DNA from: Epithemia pelagica | Lineage: Eukaryota > Protista > Bacillariophyta | NCBI GenBank assembly: GCA_946965045.2 | Contig: OX337235.1 | Location: 2,790,001 to 2,854,000, forward strand | Direction: 5' to 3' | Length of the DNA stretch: 64,000 nt | Shown: one piece after another, positions 32,894 to 43,955 of the stretch | How positions within the stretch are numbered: position 1 is the stretch's first letter | Layout of the letters: each line of letters starts with the position of its first letter | Translations under genes and position numbers: made by a program | Notes under the pieces: model-generated | What the model was told of the DNA's origin: nothing | Seen by the model: only the letters and a program-made list of their open reading frames with translations | Databases searched by the model: none

Positions 32894-33887
32894 ATGAATG
32901 ATTCAGATAGCGATTCATCAGATGACGGCCGTATGGAGAGAGAGAGCTAGAGGAAAACACAGGCATCGATCAAGAGGTCCATAGAGTATTTTTCCACCAA
33001 CTAATTAAATGGGGAAGCACCGACCTGTACGACAAGTATGTTGTTCTTCCTTCAACTTCCGAAGACGCTCGTTCTACGGAATACGAAAGGGCCGGGATGA
33101 ACGGATCCATTGGGTCTATGGATGCAACCAACGTTTCGGCGGAAAAAATAAATCATGACTTGAAGAACGAGCACATTGGTTACAAGCAAAAGGTAACTGC
33201 CCGAACTTACAATATTGTAGTCAATAATCGGCGATATATCCTGTGTACGACCCATGGACACCCCGCCAGGTGGAATGACAAGACACTTGTCAAATACGAC
33301 CGGTTGGCGACAACGCTACGCTACGGGAAATCTCCAGAATTGGATAATTTCCGGTTCAAGTTGGCGGAGAAGGGTGCTGACGGAACAGTTCACGAAGTCG
33401 AATATCGTGGTGCGTGGCTTATCGTGGACAACGGGTACCTTAATTGGTCCTGTACAATTGCACCATTCAAAACAACTACGACTGTTGCCGAATTACGTTT
33501 CTCGGAATGGATCGAATCTCTTCGGAAAGACGTGGAGTGTACCTTTGGTATACTCAAAGGTCGTTTTCGTATTTTGAAATCAGGCATCCGTCTACATGGT
33601 GTAGAAGCCGTCGATAAAGTGTGGAAGACCTGCTGTGCATTGCACAATCTCTTGCTTGAATTTGATGGACGACTTAATGATGAGAAGACAATAATGAAGA
33701 CGAGGATGAAAACAGAACCAGGAATTCAGAAGAAATCAAGGAACATATTGAGAAAGCCAAGGACGAGAATGGAATTATTCGGGTACGACTTCTTCCTATG
33801 ACAGTGTTCCGATCCAAACTTGTAGAACACTTTGAAATAATGTTCCAGAACAATAAACTACATTGGCCAATGATCAATAAAAACTAA
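32894..33887 (+). pseudogene. Harbinger (DDE_Tnp_4-like) transposase with missing N-terminal region, an early stop and a C-terminal frameshift
   Basis: GSMDAT, PARWNDK, IVDNGY, LRKDVECTFGILKGRFRIL and CCALHN. The N-terminal stub ends in TAG near 32950; the native C-terminus (FRSKLVEHF...LHWP) is in another frame after ~33690. Confidence 0.88.
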
Positions 33888-34054
33888 ACAGTCATCTTAC
33901 ATATTTAGTCATCCTATTATCTCTCGTATGTCTTTCTTTTTCTTTTCTCGTATGTCCTTCTTTGTCTTTTTCAAATTGAATACCACAGGAACCAATACAG
34001 AATACACTTGGATCCAAATACTTCTTCATTGATTGCTTTATCGGCACGATCAAA

Positions 34055-34888
34055 TTAATGAAGGGCAGTCTTCAGAAGTGGCAGCAGGTTTTCAACTTGT
34101 ACCGTAGCAATGCCATTCTTGGTGAACATGGCTATTGAAAACCAATTGGTGACTGGTATGGCTTTGTACGTCCATTTCATCTTCAAGTTCTTTTTCTTCT
34201 CGGCCTTTTCTGCTTGTACACCTTGAGTGAGAGTCTCTAGATCAGCAGAAGGATTTTTCTTGTCATGGATGTTCTCGTCCAATTCCAATTTACCCTTGGC
34301 TTTAAGTACAAGGGCTTTCTGGGTTACGGAGGCAAAAAAATCATCATCGTTTAGGCCAGACGGCATTTCTCCTTTGTCGTTGAGGATTTCCAGAACAGAC
34401 GGGCACATGGTCTTCAAGTTAGCCGAAACTGTCATAGCTGCTCGATAGAGAGTCCTAGAATTGATCAGAGTCTTGTTTCCGTTTTTGGCTTGCGAAATGG
34501 AAGCAACCTCCAAGTGTTCATAACGAATATGCGCATTAGGTCCTGTCCCAACGAAAATTGGTTCAGTGAAACCAGGAATAAGTCTTGGGTTTAGCTGTAA
34601 CCGATCTGGTGATGCAGGACTGTCCGTGAGACGAGCAATGGTATTTCCACTTCTATTGACAAAAAGATGTTTGAAGACACTGTACCCATGAATGCATTGT
34701 TTTGCAAATGAAATCTTGGTAGGGTCCTTCGAGATTCCATGATAAAGGTTGTACATGAGTTCTTGCAGTTGCACATTAGACATTGGGTCTAGCGTGTTGA
34801 TGTGGTTCAATATGACCCATGCTATCAGGCTCTGTAGTTCCTTCACGAGATAAGCTTTCGGAAAAGTTAGGGCAGATGATGGAGCCAT
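34055..34888 (-). CDS. Harbinger accessory protein, putative divergent Myb/SANT-like partner
   Basis: Intact ~277-aa ORF inside the TIRs and convergent on the transposase. MPSGLNDDDF resembles the SGxsxeD motif of PIF ORF1 proteins; otherwise unrecognised. Confidence 0.6.
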   Translation of the reverse strand: MAPSSALTFPKAYLVKELQSLIAWVILNHINTLDPMSNVQLQELMYNLYHGISKDPTKISFAKQCIHGYSVFKHLFVNRSGNTIARLTDSPASPDRLQLNPRLIPGFTEPIFVGTGPNAHIRYEHLEVASISQAKNGNKTLINSRTLYRAAMTVSANLKTMCPSVLEILNDKGEMPSGLNDDDFFASVTQKALVLKAKGKLELDENIHDKKNPSADLETLTQGVQAEKAEKKKNLKMKWTYKAIPVTNWFSIAMFTKNGIATVQVENLLPLLKTALH

Positions 34889-35450
34889 GGTCGCTGGGGA
34901 ATCAGGAAGCGCAGGGACTTTTGCAATATCGTCGAGCAAAGGAATGGAAGCAACAACAGTAGTATTTTTAAATTGAAAAAGTGGGAAAAGAAAGTGCGGC
35001 GGACGCGTATGAAATATTAGTATTGTTTCTTTAAGAGTAAAAGTCAGACGCTTTGGGGGTCTTGGGGGAAACCGTTTTGAAAAAGCGCGGTTGCAGGTTT
35101 TGGTTTTGAAAATGCCAAAGGACGGCGTGTCGTGCCATTGTCTACAAAAAGGTGATGTCATGTTTCGATTTTTGTTTTTGCAGAATATCAAGGAACGGCC
35201 TAACTATAAGGTAGGCCGGCGTTAACAATACTTAGGATGTTGAGCTGCGCTCCACACTTACTTAGGAAATGATCGCGAGGAGGGCAGCTTGGATTTTGGC
35301 GCGATCATTCGGATCCTGTTGGTAGAGTGAGAATCTACCCTCTCCTTCTTCTTCTTTTCGGTCGACCAACCATTCTCTGTTGTGCTCATTGGAATAGGAG
35401 GCTTGTTGTTGTTGTTGTTGTTGTGGTTCCAAGTTTCCCAGTCGATCAGC

Positions 35451-38400
35451 ATGGCGTCGGTCGAACACAAGTCCCCGGTGCGCCGATCGGATCGCTCTCG
35501 TACCTCGACCGTGATTCACATTAATGGCCACACCATCAAGAAGGACAACAATTATGTGTTGAAGGGCTTGACGTACCGTTATGGAGCCTTTCCCGAGGGA
35601 GACAAGAAACCCTTGCAGGCCACGTCGGGGAATATCAAGAAACACAAGGCAACGCCGCACGACCTGTTGCCGGTCGTGGCCAAGAAACCCCGCGTCGTGT
35701 CCACGGAGGAACGCAATCGTCTCCAACTCAAGGACCGCGTCGATCAACAACGACGCTCCAAACAAGCCGCTCGTCTCCAGTTTCTCCAAAAACACGTGTC
35801 TGTCTTGGAACCCTTTTGCGAACCCAAAGTGATTCACAACCTAATGATGCAATCACCACCGCCACCACCACAAGTCTCGACTGACCCAAAAGAATTGACT
35901 CGTCGCTCTGCCGCCACCATCCCAACGCCCGTCGGGATTACGGCCGAGTTGCGAGACTATCAACGCAAAGGACTGGAATGGATGTCGTACATGTACTCCA
36001 AAAATTGTGGCATGATCCTGGGAGATGAAATGGGATTGGGCAAGACCTTGCAAACCATTTCTCTCGTCTGTCACTTGAAGGAGGTCTGGGGGTGCCGGGG
36101 ACCCAGTCTCGTTGTGTGTCCCCTGTCGGTCCTCAATTCCTGGCAAACGGAAATTCCCAAATGGGCGCCACAGTTAACCTATACCAAAGTGCACGTGACC
36201 GACACCACGACGGCCCACACGGAACCACCCACCCATTTCGAGTTTTCCTCCTACGACCTGGTCATTACCACGTACGAAATGATCAAGGTCCCCGCCTTGC
36301 GTCATGTGTGGGCACGCCACCATTTTCAATTGGTCGTCTTGGACGAAGGCCATCGAATCAAGGGCAAAGAGACTCAAATTTCTCAAGCCGTTCGCAAACT
36401 ATATGGAGAATGTCGGCTCTTGTTGACGGGAACGCCCTTGGCCAACAATTTGGTGGAACTCTACAGTCTCTTATCTTTTTTGTATCCCGACCTCTTTACC
36501 ACACCCACACCCTTTGAACAAGCCTTTGATTTGACCAACAATCAAGTCAATGCCAAGACCTTGGAACAAGCCCACAAACTCTTGGAGGTGGTCATGTTGC
36601 GACGTCTCAAGAATGAGGTGGAAAAACTCATGCCGCCCAAAATTGAAACCAAGGTACGTACCAGAACGGAACGGTGGAGCGTGCATGGCCTCGTGGTGGC
36701 GGCGATGATGGTTTGTGCATGTGTATGTGTCTCATTGGTTTTTGGTGTTGTCGCATGGCTTCTTGGTCTCTTGTTCTTGGCAGGTTCTGGTGCCATTGAG
36801 CAATACGCAAATTTGGTGGTACAAATCCCTCTTACTCAAGGACATTAGTTTGTTGGCCAATGCCGGAATGGTCTCGGGCAAGGCCCGAATGCTTAGCAAT
36901 TTGATTATGCAGTTGCGCAAATGTTGTGCCCATCCCTTTTTGTTTCCTGGAACCGAAGACAATCCCGACGACACGACCTTGCACGAACTCGTGAGTGCAT
37001 CGGGCAAGGTGGCCGTGTTGGACCTCTTGTTGCAGAGTCTCTACCAAAAGGGCCATCGCGTCGTGCTCTTTTCCCAATTCACACGTGTCTTGGACATTTT
37101 GGATGATTATTGCCGATTGAGAGGATGGGACTGTAAGTAGTTGTGGGGAGTGGACACTTGGTTTGATCGTGGTGGTGATAGCGACTCTTTCTCATGAAAC
37201 GTTTTGCTGCTTTGCTTTTTTTATAGATTGTCGATTTGATGGTGGCACGTCACGCGCCAAACGCAATTACATTGTCAATTCCTTCAACGCCCAGGGATCC
37301 AACAAGTTTCTCTTTTTAATGAGTACTCGGTCCGGGGGCATGGGCTTGAATCTGCAGACGGCCGATACGTGCATTTTGTTTGATTCCGATTGGTACGTAC
37401 TACTACCGTGTGGAATGCCGGAACCAATGGAACCACCACACGCCGCTCAGCCATTGCCGAATGGTTGGTACTACTACTATCTACTACGACAGGAATCCCC
37501 AACCGGATTGTCAAGCCATGGCACGCGTCCATCGCATTGGTCAAACCAAGACGGTCCATGTGTATCGTCTCGTCTGTGAAGGAACCATTGAAGAACGCAT
37601 TGTAGAACGTGCCGAAAAAAAGTTGTATCGTGAGTAGCTCCTCCCCGTGCCCGGAGCAACGGCCAACGTTGTCTTGTCTTGTGTGTCTCATCCGTGGCTT
37701 CTCCATTTTTTGTTCTTGCGTTCGCTTTTGGTCCTCCTGTGTGGTGTAGTGGAACAAATGGTGACCAGGGATGGGGCTGCTTCCCAAGACTTGGGCAATG
37801 ACGAAGAAGATGTGGGGCGTCTCTTGTCAGCACTACGTTTTGGATGCAACGCTGTCTTTGGTGACAGTCAGAAGAACACTCTACCGACCCAAGCCGACAT
37901 TGAGGTTCTCACGGACCGCACTCGTACCGAGGCATTTTCCTCTGGAAAACTCAAGGGCGGAATGGATTCCTCGGCACAGGACTTTGATGCCACCAAAGCC
38001 ATGACCTCCACCACAAGCTTTGCGGGTATTGATTTCAAAAAGATTCGAGAGGCACACCAAGCGAGGCCCAAGGACATGGCCCAAATTCAATCGGTCTGGA
38101 CGAAACGCCAACGCAAGAGCCGCATCAAATTAGTCCAGGCCGAAAACACGGGTTGGGGATCCAAGGCTGTCCCGATCCTGGCCAGCAATGACTATGACTT
38201 GGAGACGGGCGAGCGCTCCGTGTTTGCACAGGAACTGCGTGGCCACGCGGCGAGTCAACCAAGCAAACGCCAGAAACAAAAACCAACATTTGAAAACCAG
38301 GACTTTTGTCAAGTTTGTGGGGACGGAGGTAGTTTGGTGTGTTGTCCGCGCTGTCCTGTCAGTGTTCACCTGGAATGTTTAGGGCTCAAACGCGCCAAAG

Positions 38401-39296
38401 ACTTTGTCTGTTGTCCCCATCACCACTGTTCCCAATGCGGCAAAGCCTCTCATAATGCGGGAGGCATGTTGTTTCCATGTGCCTGCTGCCCGAATGCGTA
38501 CTGCGAGGATCACTTGCCGCCATCCAGTGAGGTACGATTTCTGGACAGTTGTGAACGCATGGAGGATCTTGGCTTTTCCATTGATCGCGGTGTTTACATT
38601 CACTGCTCCCATCAATGTGAGCGAGTTGCCGTGAAGGAGTACGGCTGGGTACCACCCGAACGCCAGACAAAGGTACGGGCTCCATGCCCGGCCCCATTGG
38701 ATCTCTCCGAGAGCTTTGGTGGGAAAGTGGATGAGTTTGTCGATGTTCCTGACAACTTGATTGTTCAGGGCAAACGCAATCGCAAGCCGGTGACCCACAA
38801 GTCTAACCCTTCAAGCAACGACCAAGTGTCCAAGGTACCAGTGGCTGCTCCTCAAGTGAGCGCCGTCGTACGTTCGGACTCGTTGCAAGCTCCAGGGAGA
38901 ATTGTGAGTATGGAGTCGACAAACAGTTCCACGGCATCGGATTCATTGCAAGCTTCAGGGAGAATTGTGAGTATGGGGTCGACAAACAGTTCCACAGCAG
39001 CGGATTCGTGGCAGGCTCCCGGGAGAATTGGGAGTATGGGGTCGACCCAGGCAGCGGCTTCGTTGCAAGCTCCCAGAAGAATTGTGAGTATGGAGTCGAC
39101 AAACAGTTCCACGGCAACGGAGGACGACGATGACGAAGTTGTTGTGATTGGGGTAAAGAAAGCACCCAAGCAGTATCCGGCCTTTGGTCTGCAGCGCGCT
39201 ACGGCAAGTGCCATGGAATCCTTACGCACTGAAAAAGTTGATCCTAAAATGTTCAACTTCTACCAAGGCTCTGACGTTCTGAAATCCATTCATTGA
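35451..39296 (+). CDS. SNF2-family chromatin-remodelling ATPase with C-terminal PHD and Cys/His-rich fingers; five exons (35451-36653, 36784-37132, 37227-37392, 37493-37629, 37750-39296)
   Basis: [66 protein letters not shown] and [19 protein letters not shown], then [24 protein letters not shown]. All four introns are GT..AG and in frame. Confidence 0.93.
38874..39116 (+). repeat. Coding minisatellite: ~4 copies of a 63-bp unit ([21 protein letters not shown]), third copy shortened
   Basis: TTGCAAGC..GGGAGAATTGTGAGTATGG.GTCGAC recurs at 38883, 38946, 39009 and 39063. Confidence 0.92.
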
Positions 39297-39547
39297 ATGT
39301 CGCTGTCGGTGAACATCCATTTAAGAAGTCACTCGCACCGATAATATCATGTGTACTAGCAAAAAAGATACCGTTGATTTTCGATAAACCGTAAAACTTG
39401 AGTCCTTATTAACAAGGTGATATGAAAAAGCGGATGCCTAATAAAAGTAGCACTTCCCCTCCCCCTAAGCGTGCACAAACACATAATAATGACAATGGAT
39501 GATTTCACTAGCTTCGACTGAGCGTACAGCCCAATTGGCAAGTGGTG

Positions 39548-42500
39548 TCACACTTTGCGTCGCTTTGAAGGGCCCGCCATGGTGTCTTCGGCATCATCCT
39601 GCTGGTCAACTGGAATCGAAGCAGTGCCTTCTTTGGTTGTGTTTGATAATGTCCCCGCTCCGGTTGGTGCTGATGTCATGGACGGTTCTTCTCCTTCACT
39701 GGGGTTGCTTCGTTTCTTGGGATTTGTTTCGGCTACATCAGCCTCTGCAGGATCTTTGGCAGATTCCGTCGGAACAGACGTCGAAGTGGCCAGGGCGGCA
39801 ACCGCACCACCTGCCGCAGCGGCAGTGTTGGTGGCAGCCCATTCCTCCTCTTCTTCATTGTTCCCACCACTCCCTTCGTCGTCGCCATCGTTTGCAGCTT
39901 CATCCACTACAGGATTTTCCGTGGTGTTCTCACTACTGCCGAGACTGCTACGCTTGGATGGTGACTCGGTCGTCGTGGTCGTAGCAGCAGTCGCAGTGCT
40001 TGTGGACTCTTTTGAAAGGACAACATTCAAGGATGATTTTGTGGTTGGTTCTGTACCTGCTCCAGTTTCAGTCGCATCTGGAGCGGTCGGCTCTTGGGGA
40101 GTGGATGCCGTGGGCAAATCAGCAGACTGTTGGGCAGCGGCAATCATAGCATCCAATGCACTGGAGCCACTTGAGAGAAAGGGTGGTGGATCACTGTTCT
40201 TGGAACTGTGGAGACTATCGGATGTCTCATGTTCTTGTTTCGGAACAGTGTTTTCAGGATGGTCCACCACTTCGCCTTCTTCCTCCTCACCTTCTTCCTC
40301 CTCGTCTTCCTCGTCCTCCTCTTCTTCTTCTTCCTCTCCCTGTGCGGCAGCCTTGGCCGCCGCTGCTTCGGCGCGTTCTTTCAAGTCTTGGGCATGCAAT
40401 TTCTCCGATGCGGCCAGGGCCAAATCCGATTCCAACAAGATATTGTGTCGATGCAAGAGAGCTTCCGTTTCTTGTCGTACCAAGGACATCATGGCGACCC
40501 ATTCGTCATTAAACTTGCGGGAGGCTGCCAATTTGGCACTCCATTCGACATTGAGTTCGCGTTCGCGCACCAATTCTTGTTCCAATTCCCGAATCCGACT
40601 GTGCAAGGCTTCACTCTTGGCCTCCTCCGTGTCGTCCCGGTTCCAAATCTTGCGTCGACTGTTTCGACCCACCAGAGGAGCGGCGGCTCCTCTTCGCGCG
40701 TTGGGGGGTGGTGGCGGCGGCGACAGATCCTCTTCATACTCGGCTTCCTCATCATTCATGGCCATGAGATCATCCAATCGATCTTGATCTTGTGGTACAT
40801 CGTCTTCGTCTTCGCCTTGGTCACTTTCTTCCACCATGACCGCAGCATCCTTGTCGTCGTCCATGCCGCCCGTGTGCTGATGGTGGTGGTTTCGAAACAC
40901 GTGACGCAATTGATGGGGCAGCCAAATCATGGATGTGGCATGGTTCCCATAGGCCACCGTCTTGTCGGGAGCCGTCGACAGGACGGACAAGAGGAGTGGA
41001 ACGTCCGTGGGAGTCGCCGGCAATTTGGTACCCCGCCAGGCCACGGGTGGTTGTCCACTGCTATTGTTATTGTTATTGCTTCGCTTTTTGCTGCCGCGTT
41101 TTTCGTGGCCCGTCGTCGTTGTATTGGTGGCAGGACTGCCCGTTCCGGCCGCCGCCACGGTACATGCACGCTTGTAGTCCTCTTCGGCTTGCATCCAGAC
41201 TTGCGTCAAGGCATCGCCATCCAAGGCCGTCGTGTTGTTGTTGCTGCTGCTAGTGCCACCACTGACGGTGGACTTGGGAGGCACGGCTGCTGGATCGACT
41301 TGCATGGCAACAGGGGTGGTTCCCACCGGTTCCGACGATTCTGGTTTCGTCGTCGCTGTTGGTCCAGAAGGACCTTCGGTGGATGGTCTCATTCCACTAG
41401 TACCATCCCTCGTCGTGGCCTCGGGTTCCTCCACTTGGTTCGGTTCCTTATTCTCTGGTACGACGAGACCGGACTCCTTGGGTGTCGCCTCGGCACTCGT
41501 TTGTTGTTCTTGTCCATGGTGGAGTCGATAGTGAAGGGCCTGCAAGACATCGCGCGTCATTTGCAATCGGATTCGCGCCTGTGCCACGACGGCGGCTCGT
41601 TGTTGGACGGCGCGTTGCAACAATTGCACCACGGCTCGTCGCTCGTGTTGCGAATGTTTGACCACGGCCGCCATGTGCACATAGTGCGCTTGATGGGCCA
41701 CCCATTCTTGTTCCGCCTGTTCCCTTAAGACTTCGGCGGCGGCAATTTTGTGCCGCAAATTCCACAAGCGCTTTTCTTCTTCCGGATCAATCCGCACCGG
41801 TAAGGACAAGGCGGCGGCGGCGGCGGCACCCGTCGTTGTGGAGGACGCGGACGAGGGGCCTCCTGGACCGGAACTATTGGAGGGACCCAAGGACGACGAA
41901 GACAAGGCCGTACCAGTCGTCAAACCGGCCTTGGTGGTACTACCGAGACTGGTCGTGTGCAGTCCAGCCGTGTTCTTGGAGGTGGTGGTGGTGGCCCCTA
42001 GGTCGGTCGGAGTGGACCGATTGGTTTGCAAATACAATTGATGTTGATAGGACACCACGGCTTCTCCATAAACTTGCATGTGACGAAGATCCTTGTCCAT
42101 TTCCTCCGTCTTGAGGGGTGTCAAATTAATGGGCAAGGACAAGCGACTCGTCCATCCACGGGCCAACCAAACGGCCTTGTTGGTTGACGACCACGAATTA
42201 TTGTGGTTGTTATTATTGTGGTGGTTGGACCGGGTCGAGGTGTGGTTGGTCGACGACAACGAGTGGGGAGGATTCGTCTGCAACGACTTGGGGTGCGTCG
42301 AGGTTGTCGAGTTGGTCGGAGCGCTGTGGTTGTTGTTGTTGTTGTTGTTGTTGTTGGTGGTGTGGTGCGCATTCTTTTTTGCCTGACTGGTCGTCGATCC
42401 ATGGCTACTGCTGTTACCACCGACCCCATTGCTCATGGCAGTCGAGTTGTGGTGGTTGCTGGTTTGGTGCTTGTGGCTGGTCAAAGAGTTGTTGTTGTTG

Positions 42501-42601
42501 TTGTTGTTGTGCGCCGTTGGAGCACTGGTACTGGAGTTGTTGTTGTTGTTGCTGTTGCGACGAGTGGAGGAGGTGGGCAAGGGTCCAAATACACCCACCA
42601 T
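39548..42601 (-). CDS. Large low-complexity/coiled-coil hypothetical nuclear protein
   Basis: 1017-aa ORF with Asn/Thr/His-rich N-terminus, coiled-coil segments, acidic tracts and a C-terminal NLS-like PSKRRKV. The start may be 42436. Confidence 0.75.
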   Translation of the reverse strand: MVGVFGPLPTSSTRRNSNNNNNSSTSAPTAHNNNNNNNSLTSHKHQTSNHHNSTAMSNGVGGNSSSHGSTTSQAKKNAHHTTNNNNNNNNNHSAPTNSTTSTHPKSLQTNPPHSLSSTNHTSTRSNHHNNNNHNNSWSSTNKAVWLARGWTSRLSLPINLTPLKTEEMDKDLRHMQVYGEAVVSYQHQLYLQTNRSTPTDLGATTTTSKNTAGLHTTSLGSTTKAGLTTGTALSSSSLGPSNSSGPGGPSSASSTTTGAAAAAALSLPVRIDPEEEKRLWNLRHKIAAAEVLREQAEQEWVAHQAHYVHMAAVVKHSQHERRAVVQLLQRAVQQRAAVVAQARIRLQMTRDVLQALHYRLHHGQEQQTSAEATPKESGLVVPENKEPNQVEEPEATTRDGTSGMRPSTEGPSGPTATTKPESSEPVGTTPVAMQVDPAAVPPKSTVSGGTSSSNNNTTALDGDALTQVWMQAEEDYKRACTVAAAGTGSPATNTTTTGHEKRGSKKRSNNNNNSSGQPPVAWRGTKLPATPTDVPLLLSVLSTAPDKTVAYGNHATSMIWLPHQLRHVFRNHHHQHTGGMDDDKDAAVMVEESDQGEDEDDVPQDQDRLDDLMAMNDEEAEYEEDLSPPPPPPNARRGAAAPLVGRNSRRKIWNRDDTEEAKSEALHSRIRELEQELVRERELNVEWSAKLAASRKFNDEWVAMMSLVRQETEALLHRHNILLESDLALAASEKLHAQDLKERAEAAAAKAAAQGEEEEEEEDEEDEEEEGEEEEGEVVDHPENTVPKQEHETSDSLHSSKNSDPPPFLSSGSSALDAMIAAAQQSADLPTASTPQEPTAPDATETGAGTEPTTKSSLNVVLSKESTSTATAATTTTTESPSKRSSLGSSENTTENPVVDEAANDGDDEGSGGNNEEEEEWAATNTAAAAGGAVAALATSTSVPTESAKDPAEADVAETNPKKRSNPSEGEEPSMTSAPTGAGTLSNTTKEGTASIPVDQQDDAEDTMAGPSKRRKV

Positions 42602-43292
42602 GGTGGCGGTTCAATCACCGATGCTTCTTCAGTGAGGGCCTACTACGAGGAACCAAGGGACCGTGCTGGTTCCACAAGAAACGAGAGGAGACACACTTTC
42701 TCTTCTTGTGTCGATGGAATCCAATGGTGGTTGGCGCAATGACCACACTGTGATTGTGTGAAACGGGGATTCTCTATCAACTGCAACCGCCTTTGGGTCG
42801 TTGTTATGCGTTTAACAACTCTTGGAGAGAGTGTCTTCAACTCTCAATCCCCAACTGACTGGTTCGTTCACCCAAGACGAATGGAGGAAAGGATGACAAA
42901 GTTGTTGCAAGCAATCCCTCTCCGCTCTCCTCAAGATTTGCACACAAATAATTGGAGACTCCAAAGAGAGACAGTGAGATTGGATCAGAGCGAGGATGGT
43001 TGTGTTGTTGTATGGGTTGCGGCAGTTCTGGTTTTGGTTGTTGTTGTGTGAATCGGCGGCGCGCGCTGCGTGCGCAAAGAATCTGCGTGGGTCCATGGTC
43101 GCAGAAACTTTGGTGACCCAAAAGCGACTAAAAAGCTTTTGGGTCGCGTTACAATCCACGACATGGCCATGGCGTATCCACCATCCACCACACACGAGCC
43201 AAACGCTGCTTTAGCAACCAGCAGCGGCAGTTCGACTGGACCCCCAATCTCTCTTTAAAATCTTGACACAAGGAACAACAACACTGGCCATC

Positions 43293-43955
43293 ATGAAGCA
43301 ACGATCTAACCAAAACACCGAGTCAGAGACTGGTCCAGGAGGAGCATCCTCCTCGTTGAAAACACAACCCTTGGACGAACTGGATCAAGAACGGTTGGTC
43401 CAACACTTTCAACGAGAATTGACCCATCAACACGAACAAATCCAAACCTTGTTTCAATGGCTTGTCTATAGTCTTGTGGTAGCCTGTCCTCTCCTAACCC
43501 TCTATTACGAATTCACAACTACAAGCACGGTCGGGACGACGGCACTACTGGTCCGAATCCTTCCTGGACTCGTGAGTGCCCCCTTGCTTCACTACGCGAC
43601 GCTCTTACATGTCACGACCACAAGAACAAGGACGCCAATGGATCCAAACGAGACTAGTACGATATCGGTGTCGTTGGGTTCCATTGTATCCCACGGTGGA
43701 TGGATGCTGCTCCTCTCCTGGATGATACTCCAGGGAGTCTGGGTCGGATGGCAACTGGTTCATCCTCCAGAAGACGACACCAATACTCTCTTCGACGAGG
43801 AGGGATCATCCTCCCTCGGGACCTTGTCGGTCGGGTTGGTCGTGTCCAATGTGTGTTCCTTGGCCTTTGCCCTCGTGATTGAGTTGGATCAACGCTCCCT
43901 CCAAACCTCCTTGCGGCAACTCGACGAATCGCGTTATCACTTCAAGAGTTTGTAA
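43293..43955 (+). CDS. Hypothetical multi-pass membrane protein
   Basis: ~220-aa ORF with three to four hydrophobic helices and a C-terminal LRQLDESRYHFKSL. Confidence 0.7.
   Translation: MKQRSNQNTESETGPGGASSSLKTQPLDELDQERLVQHFQRELTHQHEQIQTLFQWLVYSLVVACPLLTLYYEFTTTSTVGTTALLVRILPGLVSAPLLHYATLLHVTTTRTRTPMDPNETSTISVSLGSIVSHGGWMLLLSWMILQGVWVGWQLVHPPEDDTNTLFDEEGSSSLGTLSVGLVVSNVCSLAFALVIELDQRSLQTSLRQLDESRYHFKSL

Larger units (their letters stand above)
32655..35200. mobile_element. PIF/Harbinger DNA transposon, 2546 bp, two convergent ORFs, transposase defective
   Basis: Perfect 31-bp TIRs GGCCGTTCCTTGATATTCTGCAAAAACAAAA (32655-32685; 35170-35200) and a TAA TSD at 32652-32654 and 35201-35203. Confidence 0.95.

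Noticed and set aside
35196-35214. CGGCCTAACTATAAGGTAG resembling the LSU rRNA/I-CeuI site
   Set aside because: It needs an internal gap, is partly made by the TIR-TSD junction, and has no flanking rRNA similarity.
39555-41728. 410-aa and 506-aa plus-strand ORFs
   Set aside because: Antisense shadows of the 1017-aa low-complexity gene caused by codon bias.
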